Made by a program: the position numbers and the translations under genes. A stretch of 64,000 nucleotides of DNA from Microcoleus sp. (GTDB lineage: Bacteria; Cyanobacteriota; Cyanobacteriia; Cyanobacteriales; Microcoleaceae): positions 4,352,001 through 4,416,000 of the forward strand of contig CP181291.1 in the NCBI GenBank assembly GCA_052279835.1. The letters run 5' to 3'. Within the stretch, counting starts at the first letter, position 1. The number at the start of each line of letters is the position of its first letter. Shown here one piece after another: positions 1-10,491 of the stretch. Under the pieces are notes generated by a model, which worked only from the letters and a program-made list of their open reading frames with translations, was not told the origin of the DNA and ran no database searches.

Positions 1-1437
1 CGTCGCTACAATTACGAGTTGGAGGTGGCCCAACGCCGCTGTCACATTGTCCAAGGCTTAATGTTGGCTTTGACAAATCTTGATGTGGCGATCGATATTC
101 TCCGAAATGCTCCCGATGGCACCACTGCTAAAGCCAATTTCCAAGTTCGCCTTAATTTGACCGAAAGTCAAGCTGATGCGATTTTGTCGATGCCGATGCG
201 TCGGCTGACTGGCTTGGAAAGGCAAAATTTGCAGTCTGAGTTGGATGAATTGATGGTAAAAATTCAAGAATTGCAGCGGCTTTTGGGCGACAGACATGAA
301 CTTTTGAAGGCTTTGAAGAAAGAATTCCGATCGCTCAAACGTAAGCATACAGACCCGCGCCGTACTAAATTGATTAATGGTCCGGCACCTGCTGCTAACA
401 GCGAACAAAAAGGTTCTGGCAAGCAAAAATCCCCACTCCCGTCTGACACAGAATTAACTGCGCCTCCTACCCTATTTCCGTTGCCCCAGGCCGAGGAAAC
501 TATTGTTGAGTTTACTCACAAACATTACGTGCGGCGGCTGCCAACGGGCGATCGATCCCGTCCTAAAAGTCGAGAAAAGTCGCTTCAAGCTTTAGAAAAA
601 AATGAAGATTTTATTGTCACGGCCACCCCAACTAAAACCGATCGCAATTTAGTCATCTTAACTCCCAGTGGTAAGGCTTATCCCCTAAAAGTGTCTGATA
701 TTCCCACTAGCACCGGGCGCGATCGAGGTACCCCCATCGTCAGTTTACTTTCGCCATCGGCTACCAAAGAAAGTGCCGGTCGCACTTTGTCGGAACTCAC
801 AGTCGCACACTTTATGTTGCCGGAAAATTCGGAAGCGACGGACTTAGTAACCCTGACGGAGCAAGGTAAAATTAAGCGTCTACCACTTTCAGAATTTGCG
901 GATTTGACTAATCGCGGTGTGACTCTTGTTAAGCTCAAGGAGGACGATCGACTGCGCTGGGCTAGTCTTACTAAAGTCGGCGAACAAGTCGCCATCGCCA
1001 CCAGCGGAGGCAGAGTCCTCCGGTTTGAAGTCAATGACGAACAACTGCCACCTATGGGCCGCGCAGCCCAGGGTTCTCAAGCCACGCGCCTGCGAAAACA
1101 AGAAAATTTGGTGGGTTGCGTGACTCTCGACCCCGATGACAGTCTGGTACTATTTTCGGAGTTGGGTTGGGCTAAACGGATGCCCGCCGGTTCTGTCCGA
1201 CTGACTAACCGCGGTGAAATCGGCACCCAAGCTTTTCGTTTCGCAGAACCTAAAGATACTTTGGTTGGCTTGCTGCGGTTTGTTCCTGGTAGTGATGTCA
1301 AACTTTTAACTAATACTGGCCGATTTGTGCGATCGGCTACTGATGCTATTGCTTTTTGGGGCAAGGATGCTCCAGGCGAGAGAGTTTTTGACCTCAATCC
1401 GGGAGAGAAAATTATCAAAGTTATTAGTTGTCAGTAG
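1..1437 (+). CDS. gyrA: DNA gyrase/topoisomerase IV subunit A, C-terminal part (5' truncated by window)
   Basis: [19 protein letters not shown] coiled-coil segment, DPRRT motif and beta-pinwheel repeats (MGRAAQG, TNRGEIG). Frame is open from base 1. No canonical GyrA box seen, so probably the second (parC-like) paralog. Confidence 0.85.
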   Translation, partial: RRYNYELEVAQRRCHIVQGLMLALTNLDVAIDILRNAPDGTTAKANFQVRLNLTESQADAILSMPMRRLTGLERQNLQSELDELMVKIQELQRLLGDRHELLKALKKEFRSLKRKHTDPRRTKLINGPAPAANSEQKGSGKQKSPLPSDTELTAPPTLFPLPQAEETIVEFTHKHYVRRLPTGDRSRPKSREKSLQALEKNEDFIVTATPTKTDRNLVILTPSGKAYPLKVSDIPTSTGRDRGTPIVSLLSPSATKESAGRTLSELTVAHFMLPENSEATDLVTLTEQGKIKRLPLSEFADLTNRGVTLVKLKEDDRLRWASLTKVGEQVAIATSGGRVLRFEVNDEQLPPMGRAAQGSQATRLRKQENLVGCVTLDPDDSLVLFSELGWAKRMPAGSVRLTNRGEIGTQAFRFAEPKDTLVGLLRFVPGSDVKLLTNTGRFVRSATDAIAFWGKDAPGERVFDLNPGEKIIKVISCQ

Positions 1438-1440
1438 AAG

Positions 1441-1680
1441 GAATAAGGAATAAGGAATAAGGAAGAAGTCACCCCCCCCTGCCCCCCCCAAGGGGGGAAG
1501 GAAGAAGGAAGAGAATTCCCAATTCGCGATTCCCAATTCCCAATTCCCAATTCCCGATTCCCAATTCCCAATTCCCAATTCCCGATTCCCAATTCCCAAT
1601 TCCCCAATTCCCAATTCCCAATTCCCAATTCCCAATTCCCAATTCCCGATTCCCAATTCGCAATTCCCAATTCCCAATTT
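1441..1680. repeat. STRR heptamer tracts (GAATAAG, TTCCCAA/TTCCCGA) with an embedded C/G-rich palindromic short repeat
   Basis: About 20 tandem TTCCC(A/G)A units at 1516-1678. CCCCCCCTGCCCCCCCAAGGGGGGAA-type element at about 1470-1499. Confidence 0.95.
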
Positions 1681-1692
1681 GAAAATAGTTCA

Positions 1693-3042
1693 ATGGCTAA
1701 AGTTGTACTAGAAAATATCTACAAAAGCTTTCCACTCCGCCAAGGAGAGCAGGACAAAGAGGCAAATTCTACAGAAAATATCTCACCAGATAGCCCTCCA
1801 TCGAGGTCTAACAGCGTTTTGCGGCGCATTAACCTCACTGTCGAAGATGGGGAATTTATGGTGTTAGTGGGGCCTTCTGGCTGCGGAAAAAGCACTTTGC
1901 TCCGATCGCTCGCTGGTTTGGAAACTGTGACTGCTGGTAATATCTGGGTAGGCGATCGGCTCCTTAACGATTTGCCACCTAAAGACCGAAATATCGCCAT
2001 GGTCTTTCAAAATTATGCTCTCTATCCTCACTTAACTGTTTACGATAATCTCGCTTTTGGATTGCGGCGATCGGAAAGGGAGAAGAAGTCATTAGTCCTT
2101 AGTCAGCAGTCCCTAGGCAGAAGGAAAAATAAAGAAGAGATTACTGATAAAATTGAAAATTGGTTGATTACTAATATTAAAAATTATCAAATTCAGCCTT
2201 TAGTCGAAGATTTGTTAGTAGGAATTACTCGCAATTTACCAAAGGGTTTACGCTATTTTTCGGAACGGGAAAAAACAGTGGGGAAACGAGTAACTAAAGT
2301 TGCTCAATTGCTGCAAATAGAACCTTTGTTAAATCGTTTACCCAAACAACTTTCGGGAGGACAAAAACAGCGGGTAGCTTTGGGTAGGGCTATGGCTAGA
2401 AATCCTGAAGTTTTTTTAATGGATGAACCCCTTTCTAATCTGGACGCTAAATTAAGGGGGGAAACTCGATCGCAAATTGTGCAGTTGCAGCGACAATTGG
2501 GAACTACAACTATTTATGTGACTCACGACCAAACTGAGGCGATGACTATGGGCGATCGCATTGCGATTATGAATCTTGGTCAACTTCAGCAAGTAGATGT
2601 ACCTCTACAGCTTTATAATAAACCTGCTAACTTGTTTGTCGCTGAGTTTATTGGTTCTCCGCCGATGAATTTTTTACCGGTGCAATTTACTGCCCCGTTA
2701 TTAATTTCTCACCCTCATTTTCGCTTTACTTTACCTGATATTTGGGCAAAAAGTTTACAAAAGTATGACGGTAAATCTCTCATTTTGGGAATTCGGCCAG
2801 AACATTTGACCATTCACCCTCCTGCTACTAAAAATCTTTCGGTTCAAGTAGATATTGTGGAAGCTTTGGGATACGAAACCTATTTGCGCGTTAGTCTCAC
2901 CGATGCACCAGCCCTTTGCTTGCAAGTACGTGTTCCTCCTGAGCGATCGATCCGTGTGGGCGAGGAGTTGTGGCTGGCGATCGCCCATGATAAAATTCAC
3001 CTTTTTGACCCGGAGACCGAATTGGCGATATTTCCCCGTTAG
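1693..3042 (+). CDS. Sugar/G3P ABC transporter ATP-binding protein (MalK/UgpC family) with TOBE domain
   Basis: Walker [10 protein letters not shown]-loop [11 protein letters not shown], signature LSGGQKQR, Walker B FLMDEP, C-terminal GIRPEH. Confidence 0.93.
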   Translation: MAKVVLENIYKSFPLRQGEQDKEANSTENISPDSPPSRSNSVLRRINLTVEDGEFMVLVGPSGCGKSTLLRSLAGLETVTAGNIWVGDRLLNDLPPKDRNIAMVFQNYALYPHLTVYDNLAFGLRRSEREKKSLVLSQQSLGRRKNKEEITDKIENWLITNIKNYQIQPLVEDLLVGITRNLPKGLRYFSEREKTVGKRVTKVAQLLQIEPLLNRLPKQLSGGQKQRVALGRAMARNPEVFLMDEPLSNLDAKLRGETRSQIVQLQRQLGTTTIYVTHDQTEAMTMGDRIAIMNLGQLQQVDVPLQLYNKPANLFVAEFIGSPPMNFLPVQFTAPLLISHPHFRFTLPDIWAKSLQKYDGKSLILGIRPEHLTIHPPATKNLSVQVDIVEALGYETYLRVSLTDAPALCLQVRVPPERSIRVGEELWLAIAHDKIHLFDPETELAIFPR

Positions 3043-3148
3043 CGATCGCCAAGTCTTACCTTCTGTTTCATAAGCTTGCACTTTATGCAAGCACCTGTTA
3101 TTTTTATTTACATAAGCCTTACAAAACTTAATGAAAAAAGTTCATACC

Positions 3149-3301
3149 ATGCAACAACAAAAACGTAACGCTTGGAACTGGGGCTTTAGCGAAGGAGCAG
3201 AAAATTGGAACGGTCGTCTGGCGATGATTGGTTTCTCTGCTGCGGTCATCATCGAATTGGTTTCTGGTGAAGGATTGCTCCACTTCTGGGGTTTAATTTG
3301 A
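3149..3301 (+). CDS. hli: High-light-inducible protein (HliP/SCP), 50 aa; not in ORF track
   Basis: Translates MQQQKRNAWNWGFSEGAENWNGRLAMIGFSAAVIIELVSGEGLLHFWGLI, with the chlorophyll-binding motif ExxNGRLAMIGF. An in-frame upstream ATG exists at 3131. Confidence 0.95.
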   Translation: MQQQKRNAWNWGFSEGAENWNGRLAMIGFSAAVIIELVSGEGLLHFWGLI

Positions 3302-4007
3302 CATTCTCACCGGGCTGAAGCCACGGTGATTCTAAACATCACTGTTTAGGCTTCCTCTTTCGGCGATCCGACTTATTTAAAAGAGTTTCCTCATTCAAAC
3401 TCTTGTCGATATCTCCAGAGGCGTTTGAGGTTCCCGTGTGCCCCACGGTACGCAATCCAAGTTCTAATATGTTGCGAGCGGCGTTCCAATCTCGGTCTAA
3501 AACGAATCCACAATGTGGACAAATATGTGTTCTTTGACTTAATGACTTTTGCGCCACTTTCCCACAACTAGAACAATTTTGACTTGTATAGTGTGGCGGT
3601 ACTGCAACAGTTGCCACCCCAAACACTTTGCCAAAATATTCAATCCAATTTCTAAAAGCTGTCCAAGCCGCATCTGATATCGACTTGGATAGCTTTTTGT
3701 TTTTGACCATGTTACGCACCTGCAAGTCTTCATAGGCTACCAAGTCGTTGGACTGGACTACGCACCTTGCTAATTTCACAGCAAAGTCTTTACGCCGCCT
3801 GCTTACCTTGAGGTGTTTTCTACTTAAACGATTTCGAGCCTTAGCTCTATTTTTAGAACCTTTCTGCGTTCTAGAAAGTCTACGATTAAGCTTTTTTAAC
3901 GATCTTTCGGACTTTCTTAGATGGCGCGGGTTCTCTACGGTATTACCGTCAGAGTCCGTGTAGAAATGAGTTAGCCCTACATCCAAACTGACTCTGGGCA
4001 ATCAACT
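3298..4007 (-). mobile_element. Internally deleted IS200/IS605 (IS1341-type) element
   Basis: Right-end hairpin GAATCACCGTGGCTTCAGCCCGGTGAGAATG followed by TCAA on the minus strand (3298-3332), plus the tnpB 3' half. Left boundary inferred after minus-strand CTAC (4008-4011). Confidence 0.8.
3339..4001 (-). pseudogene. tnpB: N-terminally truncated TnpB
   Basis: RuvC-I LDVGL, RuvC-II AYEDL, Zn ribbon CSSCG..CPHCG and RuvC-III DRDWNAA are present. The HTH/REC/WED N-terminal portion is absent. Confidence 0.88.
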
Positions 4008-4196
4008 GTAGATAAGTTTAGCAAACTATTTGCCACTTAAGTCTTGCTCCCAAATTTTTGGTCAGATTTTTTTCGTTAGGATTTCACACTCGCAGCCGAG
4101 AGTCAACGGTCAACCATCAATGGTCAACCGTCAACTATCCTCGCTGAGTGCAACTGGAATCCAAATCACTCTTTTGGGTGATGCTAGATAAATACT

Positions 4197-5367
4197 CTAG
4201 CGGATATATTCTTTTAAGATGCTGTTCCGGTTGGGATGGCGCAACTTCCGCAAGGCTTTCGCTTCGATTTGCCGAATCCGCTCGCGAGTGACGTTAAAGA
4301 TTTGACCAATTTCCTCCAAGGTCTTCATCCGTCCGTCATCTAAGCCGTACCGCAGTCGCAATACATCTCGCTCCCGCGGGCTGAGGGTATCTAAAACGCT
4401 TTCTAAATCTTCCCGCAACAAATTCTTTGAGACTTGATCTTCCGGTGTTTCTCCGTCGGATTCAATAAAATCTCCCAAACGCGAATCTTCTTCTTTACCG
4501 ATCGGAGTTTCTAGAGAAATCGGCAATTGTGCTGACTTAGCAATGAAGCGCAATTTCTCGATCGTCATTTCCATCTTAGTCGCAATTTCTTCTTCCGTAG
4601 GCTTGCGACCCATTTCTTGAGAAAGAAGTTTTGTAGTTTTCTTGATCCGCGAAATGGTTTCGTAAAGGTGAACCGGTAGGCGGATAGTGCGGGATTGGTC
4701 GGCAATGGCCCTAGTAATGGCTTGACGAATCCACCAAGTCGCGTAGGTTGAGAACTTGTAACCTTTTTCGTGGTCAAACTTTTCCGCAGCCCGGATTAAA
4801 CCCAGAGAACCTTCCTGAATCAAATCTTGGAAAGACAAGCCACGATTCATGTATTTTTTGGCGATCGACACCACCAAACGCAGGTTTGACTGCACCATTT
4901 TTTCCTTGGCGCGTCGTCCGACATGGAGTCGATGACGAAATGCCGGTAGCGCCATCTCGACAGCAGTCGCCCATTCATTGTCTTTGGGTTTCTCTGTCTA
5001 AATCTTCTAAAAGTTGTTCTCTGACTCGCTCCAATTCCAACAAATCGGCAATTTTACGCGCCAGTTCAATCTCTTCGTCAGCTCGTAACAGCCGAATCCG
5101 ACCTATTTCTTGCAAGTAAAGACGAATAGAGTCTTCAGTATAGTGCTTTTTCTTTGCCTGAGCTCGACGGCGAGCTTTGGCACCTTTGCCAGACTTAGTG
5201 TCGTCTTCCTCAGATTGAGTATCTAGAAAATCTTCTCGATCGTCTTCGTCGTCGATAAATAGTTCCAACTCGCTCTCAGGTAGAACGCTTTCGGTGTTCC
5301 GAAGCAACTCGATAGTTTCCATTTGGGGTTTGATTTTGGTTTCGAGTACGGTGTTTGCCTGGATCAT
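4197..5367 (-). CDS. sigA: Group 1 RNA polymerase sigma factor SigA, with an apparent +1 frameshift near 4988-4991
   Basis: Region 1.2 [16 protein letters not shown], region 2 [26 protein letters not shown], region 4 [20 protein letters not shown]. Removing one A from minus-strand GAGAAACCC joins the two ORFs as ..[18 protein letters not shown].. Confidence 0.93.
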
Positions 5368-7106
5368 GCCGCCTTCCTCATGCTCCTGAATTGAAGAATA
5401 AATAACAGTCGAATAGTGTCTGTTTGTAGTTTAGACAACTTAGCCAGTATTGACATTCCCACAGCCAGAAAGAGTGGGATTTTTTGTCTGCCAGTTATTG
5501 TCTACAAGAAATATTTTGATCGGATCGAGCCTCCGCATCATCGGAGGATTTTTGTTTGGGTAATGTTAAGAACGTTTCTCAAGCTACCAGCACTTCCTTT
5601 GCTAAATCAAGATATTTAACTGGTAGTTACTGAGTAAGGATTCCCCCATGTACCCACAGGGTGTTGTTACCTTCTTAACCTAGACTGTGGTTAGACCTAA
5701 CCGAGATATCTCTGTACAGATTTGAGCTGGTTATCCAGTTTTGTCGAGTATCTCGCCCATAGCAGACATGATTGTCGCGACCTCGAATTGAGTGCTTGGC
5801 TGTTTCCTTCGCAATCTGTTATCGCACTTTCTGCGATATTTTGCCTAGAAGCTCTAACCACAGAGCCGAGGGAAGGCACTTCGGGAAATACTAACTTTTC
5901 TAATTTGGACTTCTAATTTTTACCCGTACAAGTTTCCTTGGACGGAACCCTTTAACTTTTGTTTTCCAGGTGTCGAACTTTTAGTTCGCCTGCTGCTTTC
6001 ACTCCGGTAGCCAGACATCGCAGTTGGACGGCTAGTTGCGGCCTCCTTGGATGCCCGTCTGCTGCACAAAACGCAAAAGTTTTGGATCGAAGCACCAAAC
6101 AGTTCAGTATTGGATCTTGCAAAGACCTTTCCGATTGTAGCCTTTCTCACAAAAATTGGAAGATATTTTCCATTCTTTGTCAGAACTACCCAAGTTTTGT
6201 TAGCTTAGCTTAACAATACGCACTAAGGGCTGATTGGGTTAAATCCTCAGAATCGCCCACAAGAACTTTGAAACTTGAGATTGGCGTGTTTTTCGGCGAG
6301 TATGTGGGTGAACGACTGCGGCGTAGCCGTCCAGACACCGAGCAGACAGTTTTTGACTGACCGGAATTCCGGCTAATGTAATCCGTATAGATGCACCCAT
6401 CTTTACCCTGTTTCCCTAAATTGAATCATTCTAAATCCGCGATCGAATAAAGCTTGTAGCTTTAGTTGTGACTCGGCAACTCTGGATTAGAGACCGAAAA
6501 TTACCCCAAATGAAGCGTTGCGGGTTTAGTAGTGCAACAGGGGCTTTCTTTGTTAAGTTAGCTCAAATCTCAGAAATTGGGTCAAAATTTAACGTTAAAT
6601 CACATTAAGTTATTAACGTCATATTCTCATTTAAGCAGTTGCACACAAGTTTGTCTCGTCAATAGTCAAAATTATGTCGATACATTTTACTGATACTTAG
6701 CTGCCCTTGTCACTCTCCGGTCTCAACTCTGCCAGGATTTTTTGACTTTCGCCACATACTTACGCGATCGCACTCTCTCAGAATCCACACAATTGTAAAT
6801 TTTCCGTCAGTATAAATTCACTGTTACTTTAAAAATACAGTCAAAATGTAAAGATTCGATTAAGAAGCTTCCTAAATTTTAGGTAAAATTGCCCAGTTAT
6901 CTGGAATCAGAGCGATCGCCTGGTAAAGTAGACAGATCGCTCGCTAATGGATGAGGTTAAGGATGTTGAGAGATCGAGCGGTGGCGCGATCGAGGGAATT
7001 TTTGTTACATTTCTTTACTACTTGTCCTCCGAAAGCATGACCTCTAAATCATCGATCGCGATCCTAGCTCAGCAACAGTGCGATCGGCAATTATCTGTAA
7101 AGTTGA

Positions 7107-7270
7107 TTATACCTGGGAACTATCGATACTTTCTAATAAACCTTGACAAAAGACTTGGAAGCTTTTAGAGCGATTTGATTCAGGATTCAGATATTTAGTA
7201 ATTAATCCGGCTAATATTGCTATATCTTCTAGTTGCTTTTTTAATTTTAGACAATCTTCTCGATCTTCAC
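7107..7270 (-). pseudogene. Internal fragment of a DUF4276-family gene (usual partner of AAA_21 ATPases)
   Basis: Minus frame reads EDREDCLKLKKQLEDIAILAGLITK..KSFQV directly after the ATPase stop. No start codon, and the rest of the gene is missing. Family recognised from memory. Confidence 0.6.
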
Positions 7271-8470
7271 CTATTGAGGAGCACCCGCATTTTTGAGGGG
7301 GTTTCCTACCTCAAAAAAATCTTCCATCCACAGCGAACCAAGTAATGCACCATGATCCATAAATTGTTTTACTCCCTGCATATCTGCGGTTCTTTTTGCT
7401 TGAGTAAAACCTTTTTCATCTCGATATAATACCCATAATTCTTCTGGTTTTAAACTATCCACAAAAAAAGGAGAATGGGTTGTTACCATTAATTGAGTAT
7501 TAGCAGAAGCAGAACGACATTCTTCGGCAACTTGAGGTAATAAACGCGGATGTAAATGATTTCCTGGTTCTTCTATTCCAACTAATTGCGGGGGATTGGG
7601 GTCAAACAATACTGTTAGATAAGCTAAGAGTTTTAACGTACCGTCGGAGGCATATTTTGCCAAAATAGGATGAGAAAAAGGAGCATCTTTAATTTCCAAC
7701 AAAAGTCTGCCATCTTGCATGACAAGAGCCTCGACTTTTTCCAGGCGTGGAATACGAGCAGAAAGGGTTTTTAGTATTTTTTCTAACCGTTGGGGATGTT
7801 GTTCTTTTAGATATTGAATAACATTGGGTAAATTGTCACCAGTGGGGGACAATCTTTCCTGTGCACCTGCTTCGGGAAGGCTGCGGGTATTATCTGCGGT
7901 TAAATAAGATAAATACCAACCTGTAATAAACCGCCTTAAAGCACTGACGCGGGGATGTTTGGCAAATTGTCCTAATGTATTTACTGCTAATAATTCAGAG
8001 GATGCTAGTTGTTCGGTTATCCTTTCATCTTATTCATCAGGAGTTGCGCCACTAATAACTTGTCCTTCGCCTTTTTTGAAATCTAAAAAGCGAAAAGGTT
8101 TACCTTGACCTGCTCGTCTCCACTGTAGCCATTCTTCAGCGATAAAAGGACGATTGTTTTCTTCATCTATGGCGAGATGATAGGTGATTAACGGTGATTT
8201 TGATGTCTCTCGATACTTTAATTCAATGATGATACAGCCTGTACTGTCTCTGGTACGTAATTCTCGGAATCTGCCTCGTCTATCCCATGCTTTTCTTAGG
8301 CTTTCGGTAAAACATTCTGACAGGAAAGCGAAAACATCAAAAATAGTTGATTTTCCGCTCCCATTTGGTCCCAAGAAGACGGTTAAGGGAGTAATTTTTT
8401 TAAGTTCTAGATTATGTAAAGCTCGGTAATTTTGGACTTTGAGATATTCTATACGAGGAATATTTTTCAT
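7271..8470 (-). pseudogene. AAA_21/AbiEii-like ABC ATPase with one in-frame TAA at 8030-8032
   Basis: Walker A GPNGSGKS, signature ASDGTLK, Walker [17 protein letters not shown]. Both ORF pieces are in the same frame (1200 nt) and read ..[12 protein letters not shown].. Confidence 0.85.
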
Positions 8471-8589
8471 TTCACATCCTGAATTATCGTGTCTGTTTCT
8501 TTAATAAATAGTCTGTTAAATTCCCGACTTTTTTAAGAAGTCGGGAGTCGGGGTGTTGGTTTGTTTGAGGTTGTGCTAGAGGAAAATGA

Positions 8590-9471
8590 TTATTGATTCC
8601 GCAGTTTAGGATTAACAAACTCATTCAATCCTTCTCCCACAAAAGACAATCCTACTACCATTAAAGTCATAGCCAAACCGGGAAACAAAGCTGTCCACCA
8701 AATTCCTGTAGGTAGTGCATCCAGGGCTAAACGCAAATCATGTCCCCATTCAGGAGTTTCTTCAGGAAGTCCCAAACCGAGAAATCCTAAACCTCCTAGG
8801 GTTAAAATGGCATCGGCAGCATTGAGCGCAAACAACACTGGTACGCTCTGAATCACGTTCAAAAACAGATAGCGGGAAAGGACTGTCCAAGTATCAGCCC
8901 CCATGGCTCTAGCGGCTTCAACAAATAATTCTGTTTTGATGCTGGTGGTGTGATTTCTGACGACGCGGTAGTATTGAGGAATGTAGGAAATGCTAAGGGC
9001 GATCGCAGCATTCAAAACTCCTTTCCCCACTACAAAAGCTAGGGTTAAAGACAGCAGCAATCCCGGCAAAGTATAAATTGTATCCATCAAAAACAACAGG
9101 ATGCGATCGAGTTTGCCACCTAAATAACCGCTAACCAATCCCAAGGGTACACCGATCGACAAACTCAAACCCGTAGCCAGAATGAGCACTTGCCAAGCAG
9201 CCCTAGAAGCAAAAAGTGTTCGAGAAAAAACATCATAGCCACTGCGGGTAGTCCCAAACCAATAACTAGCCGATGGCGGTTCATGGATGGGATTAATTAA
9301 GGCATCTGTAGGATTTTGCAGCCATCCCCAACTCTGTAGGGTGGGGGCGAAGGTGGCAATCAATACAAACGCAGCGGTGATTGTCAAACCTACCCACATC
9401 ATTTTCATTGACAGGTTTGAGGGTGCCGCAAGGTTGAGAAATCTAGGTAGTCGGAGTTTGCCTTGAGCCAT
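8590..9471 (-). CDS. Peptide/nickel ABC transporter permease (DppC/OppC family)
   Basis: WFGTTRSGYDVFSR, EAA loop FVEAARAMGA, LGFLGLG..PEWG. Confidence 0.92.
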   Translation of the reverse strand: MAQGKLRLPRFLNLAAPSNLSMKMMWVGLTITAAFVLIATFAPTLQSWGWLQNPTDALINPIHEPPSASYWFGTTRSGYDVFSRTLFASRAAWQVLILATGLSLSIGVPLGLVSGYLGGKLDRILLFLMDTIYTLPGLLLSLTLAFVVGKGVLNAAIALSISYIPQYYRVVRNHTTSIKTELFVEAARAMGADTWTVLSRYLFLNVIQSVPVLFALNAADAILTLGGLGFLGLGLPEETPEWGHDLRLALDALPTGIWWTALFPGLAMTLMVVGLSFVGEGLNEFVNPKLRNQ

Positions 9472-9538
9472 AATTAAATAATTGAGAATTGGGAGTTAGG
9501 AAACAGTTCGATCTACTCACATAGAATAGCGCCGATCG

Positions 9539-9643
9539 GCTCGTTTCCGGTTGCGCGATCGTGATTTAACCGAACCTAGGACGCAGATAACACAGAGAAA
9601 TATCTGAGACAAGTTCATATTCCGATGAAGAAAGGAATTGAGA
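9539..9643. mobile_element. MITE-like element, TATC..TCCGG / GGAATTGATA family (degenerate copy)
   Basis: Ends TCGTTTCCGGTT..GATTTAACCG and GATGAAGAAAGGAATTGAGA match the ends of the copies at 10492, 10647 and 12680. Confidence 0.6.
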
Positions 9644-9723
9644 TCGTTGATGTGTTGAAGCCATTGTGCCTTAAAATAGTTTTGGTACTCGGTCTGTTGA
9701 TGGAAGCTCTGAAGGTATTCTTA

Positions 9724-9990
9724 AAAATGCAAGCACCTCTGGTTGTGGAGAACTCAACTAGGCTTTTATGAGGCTCAAAACCTTTACCTGATTGGGTTTG
9801 AGGTCTCTCGAACAGGGGAGGAGGTGCTTGCATTTTGACAGAACCTAGGCTGTGTAAGCTTTTGAGGGTTGCTGTATGTCTGTGGTGATGACCTTTTTTG
9901 CCATAATTGCTATCTCCGGGTGCCTTGAGTGCTGGGGTGCTTGCAAAACTGGCCAGGAGGCATTGCTATATAAGGCTTTCAGGAACCGCT
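9724..9990 (+). promoter_or_regulatory. CRISPR leader
   Basis: Abuts the first perfect repeat. Contains a 16-bp inverted repeat AAAATGCAAGCACCTC / GAGGTGCTTGCATTTT (9724-9739, 9821-9836) and a further GGTGCTTGCA near 9936. Confidence 0.75.
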
Positions 9991-10491
9991 GTGATTAAAC
10001 CTTTGATGCCGTAAGGCGTTGAGCACTCTGGGTTGGTGTATCCTGTGAGGTTGTTTCTGTGTGATTAAACCTTTGATGCCGTAAGGCGTTGAGCACAAGC
10101 TGGGCTGGCATTTGGTAGACTTACAAATATGTGATTAAACCTTTGATGCCGTAAGGCGTTGAGCACGATTGTAAACGCATCGGCAACCGCAGGAAACAGG
10201 CTTGTGATTAAACCTTTGATGCCGTAAGGCGTTGAGCACTAACCCCAATCATTCCGCCTGATTCAAGGCTTACGAGTGATTAAACCTTTGATGCCGTAAG
10301 GCGTTGAGCACTAACAACCTACCCCATCAATTTTGTTTCCACCGGTGATTAAACCTTTGATGCCGTAAGGCGTTGAGCACCGATCGAGTGATTGATTTCC
10401 CTTCAAGCCTAGTCGTGTGATTAAACCTTTGATGCCGTAAGGCGTTGAGCACCTTCCAAATCTGTTGACAGTAGCGGGTTGGCGGGTGTGA

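Noticed and set aside
1306..1693. ORFs with (GIGNWEL)n repeats; likewise 46229-46726
   Set aside because: Translations of STRR heptamer DNA, open in several frames; not credible genes.
3107..3125. RpaB HLR1 box upstream of hli (TTTACATA..CTTACAAA)
   Set aside because: Half-sites are 11 bp apart versus the canonical 10; plausible but not supportable.
3339..4001. TldR-like nuclease-dead TnpB repressor
   Set aside because: RuvC residues are intact and the N-terminal recognition lobe is what is missing, the opposite of TldR.
4197..5367. sigA as a true pseudogene or split sigma factor
   Set aside because: Essential gene, otherwise undamaged; a single homopolymer indel restores it.
9615..9833. 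72-aa ORF next to the array as a cas/accessory gene
   Set aside because: Antisense to the leader and overlapping a MITE; no recognisable motif.
10027..10487. Self-targeting or CAST-homing spacers
   Set aside because: No spacer match noticed within the window by eye (not exhaustive), spacers are full length, and no Tn7 genes or ends are seen.
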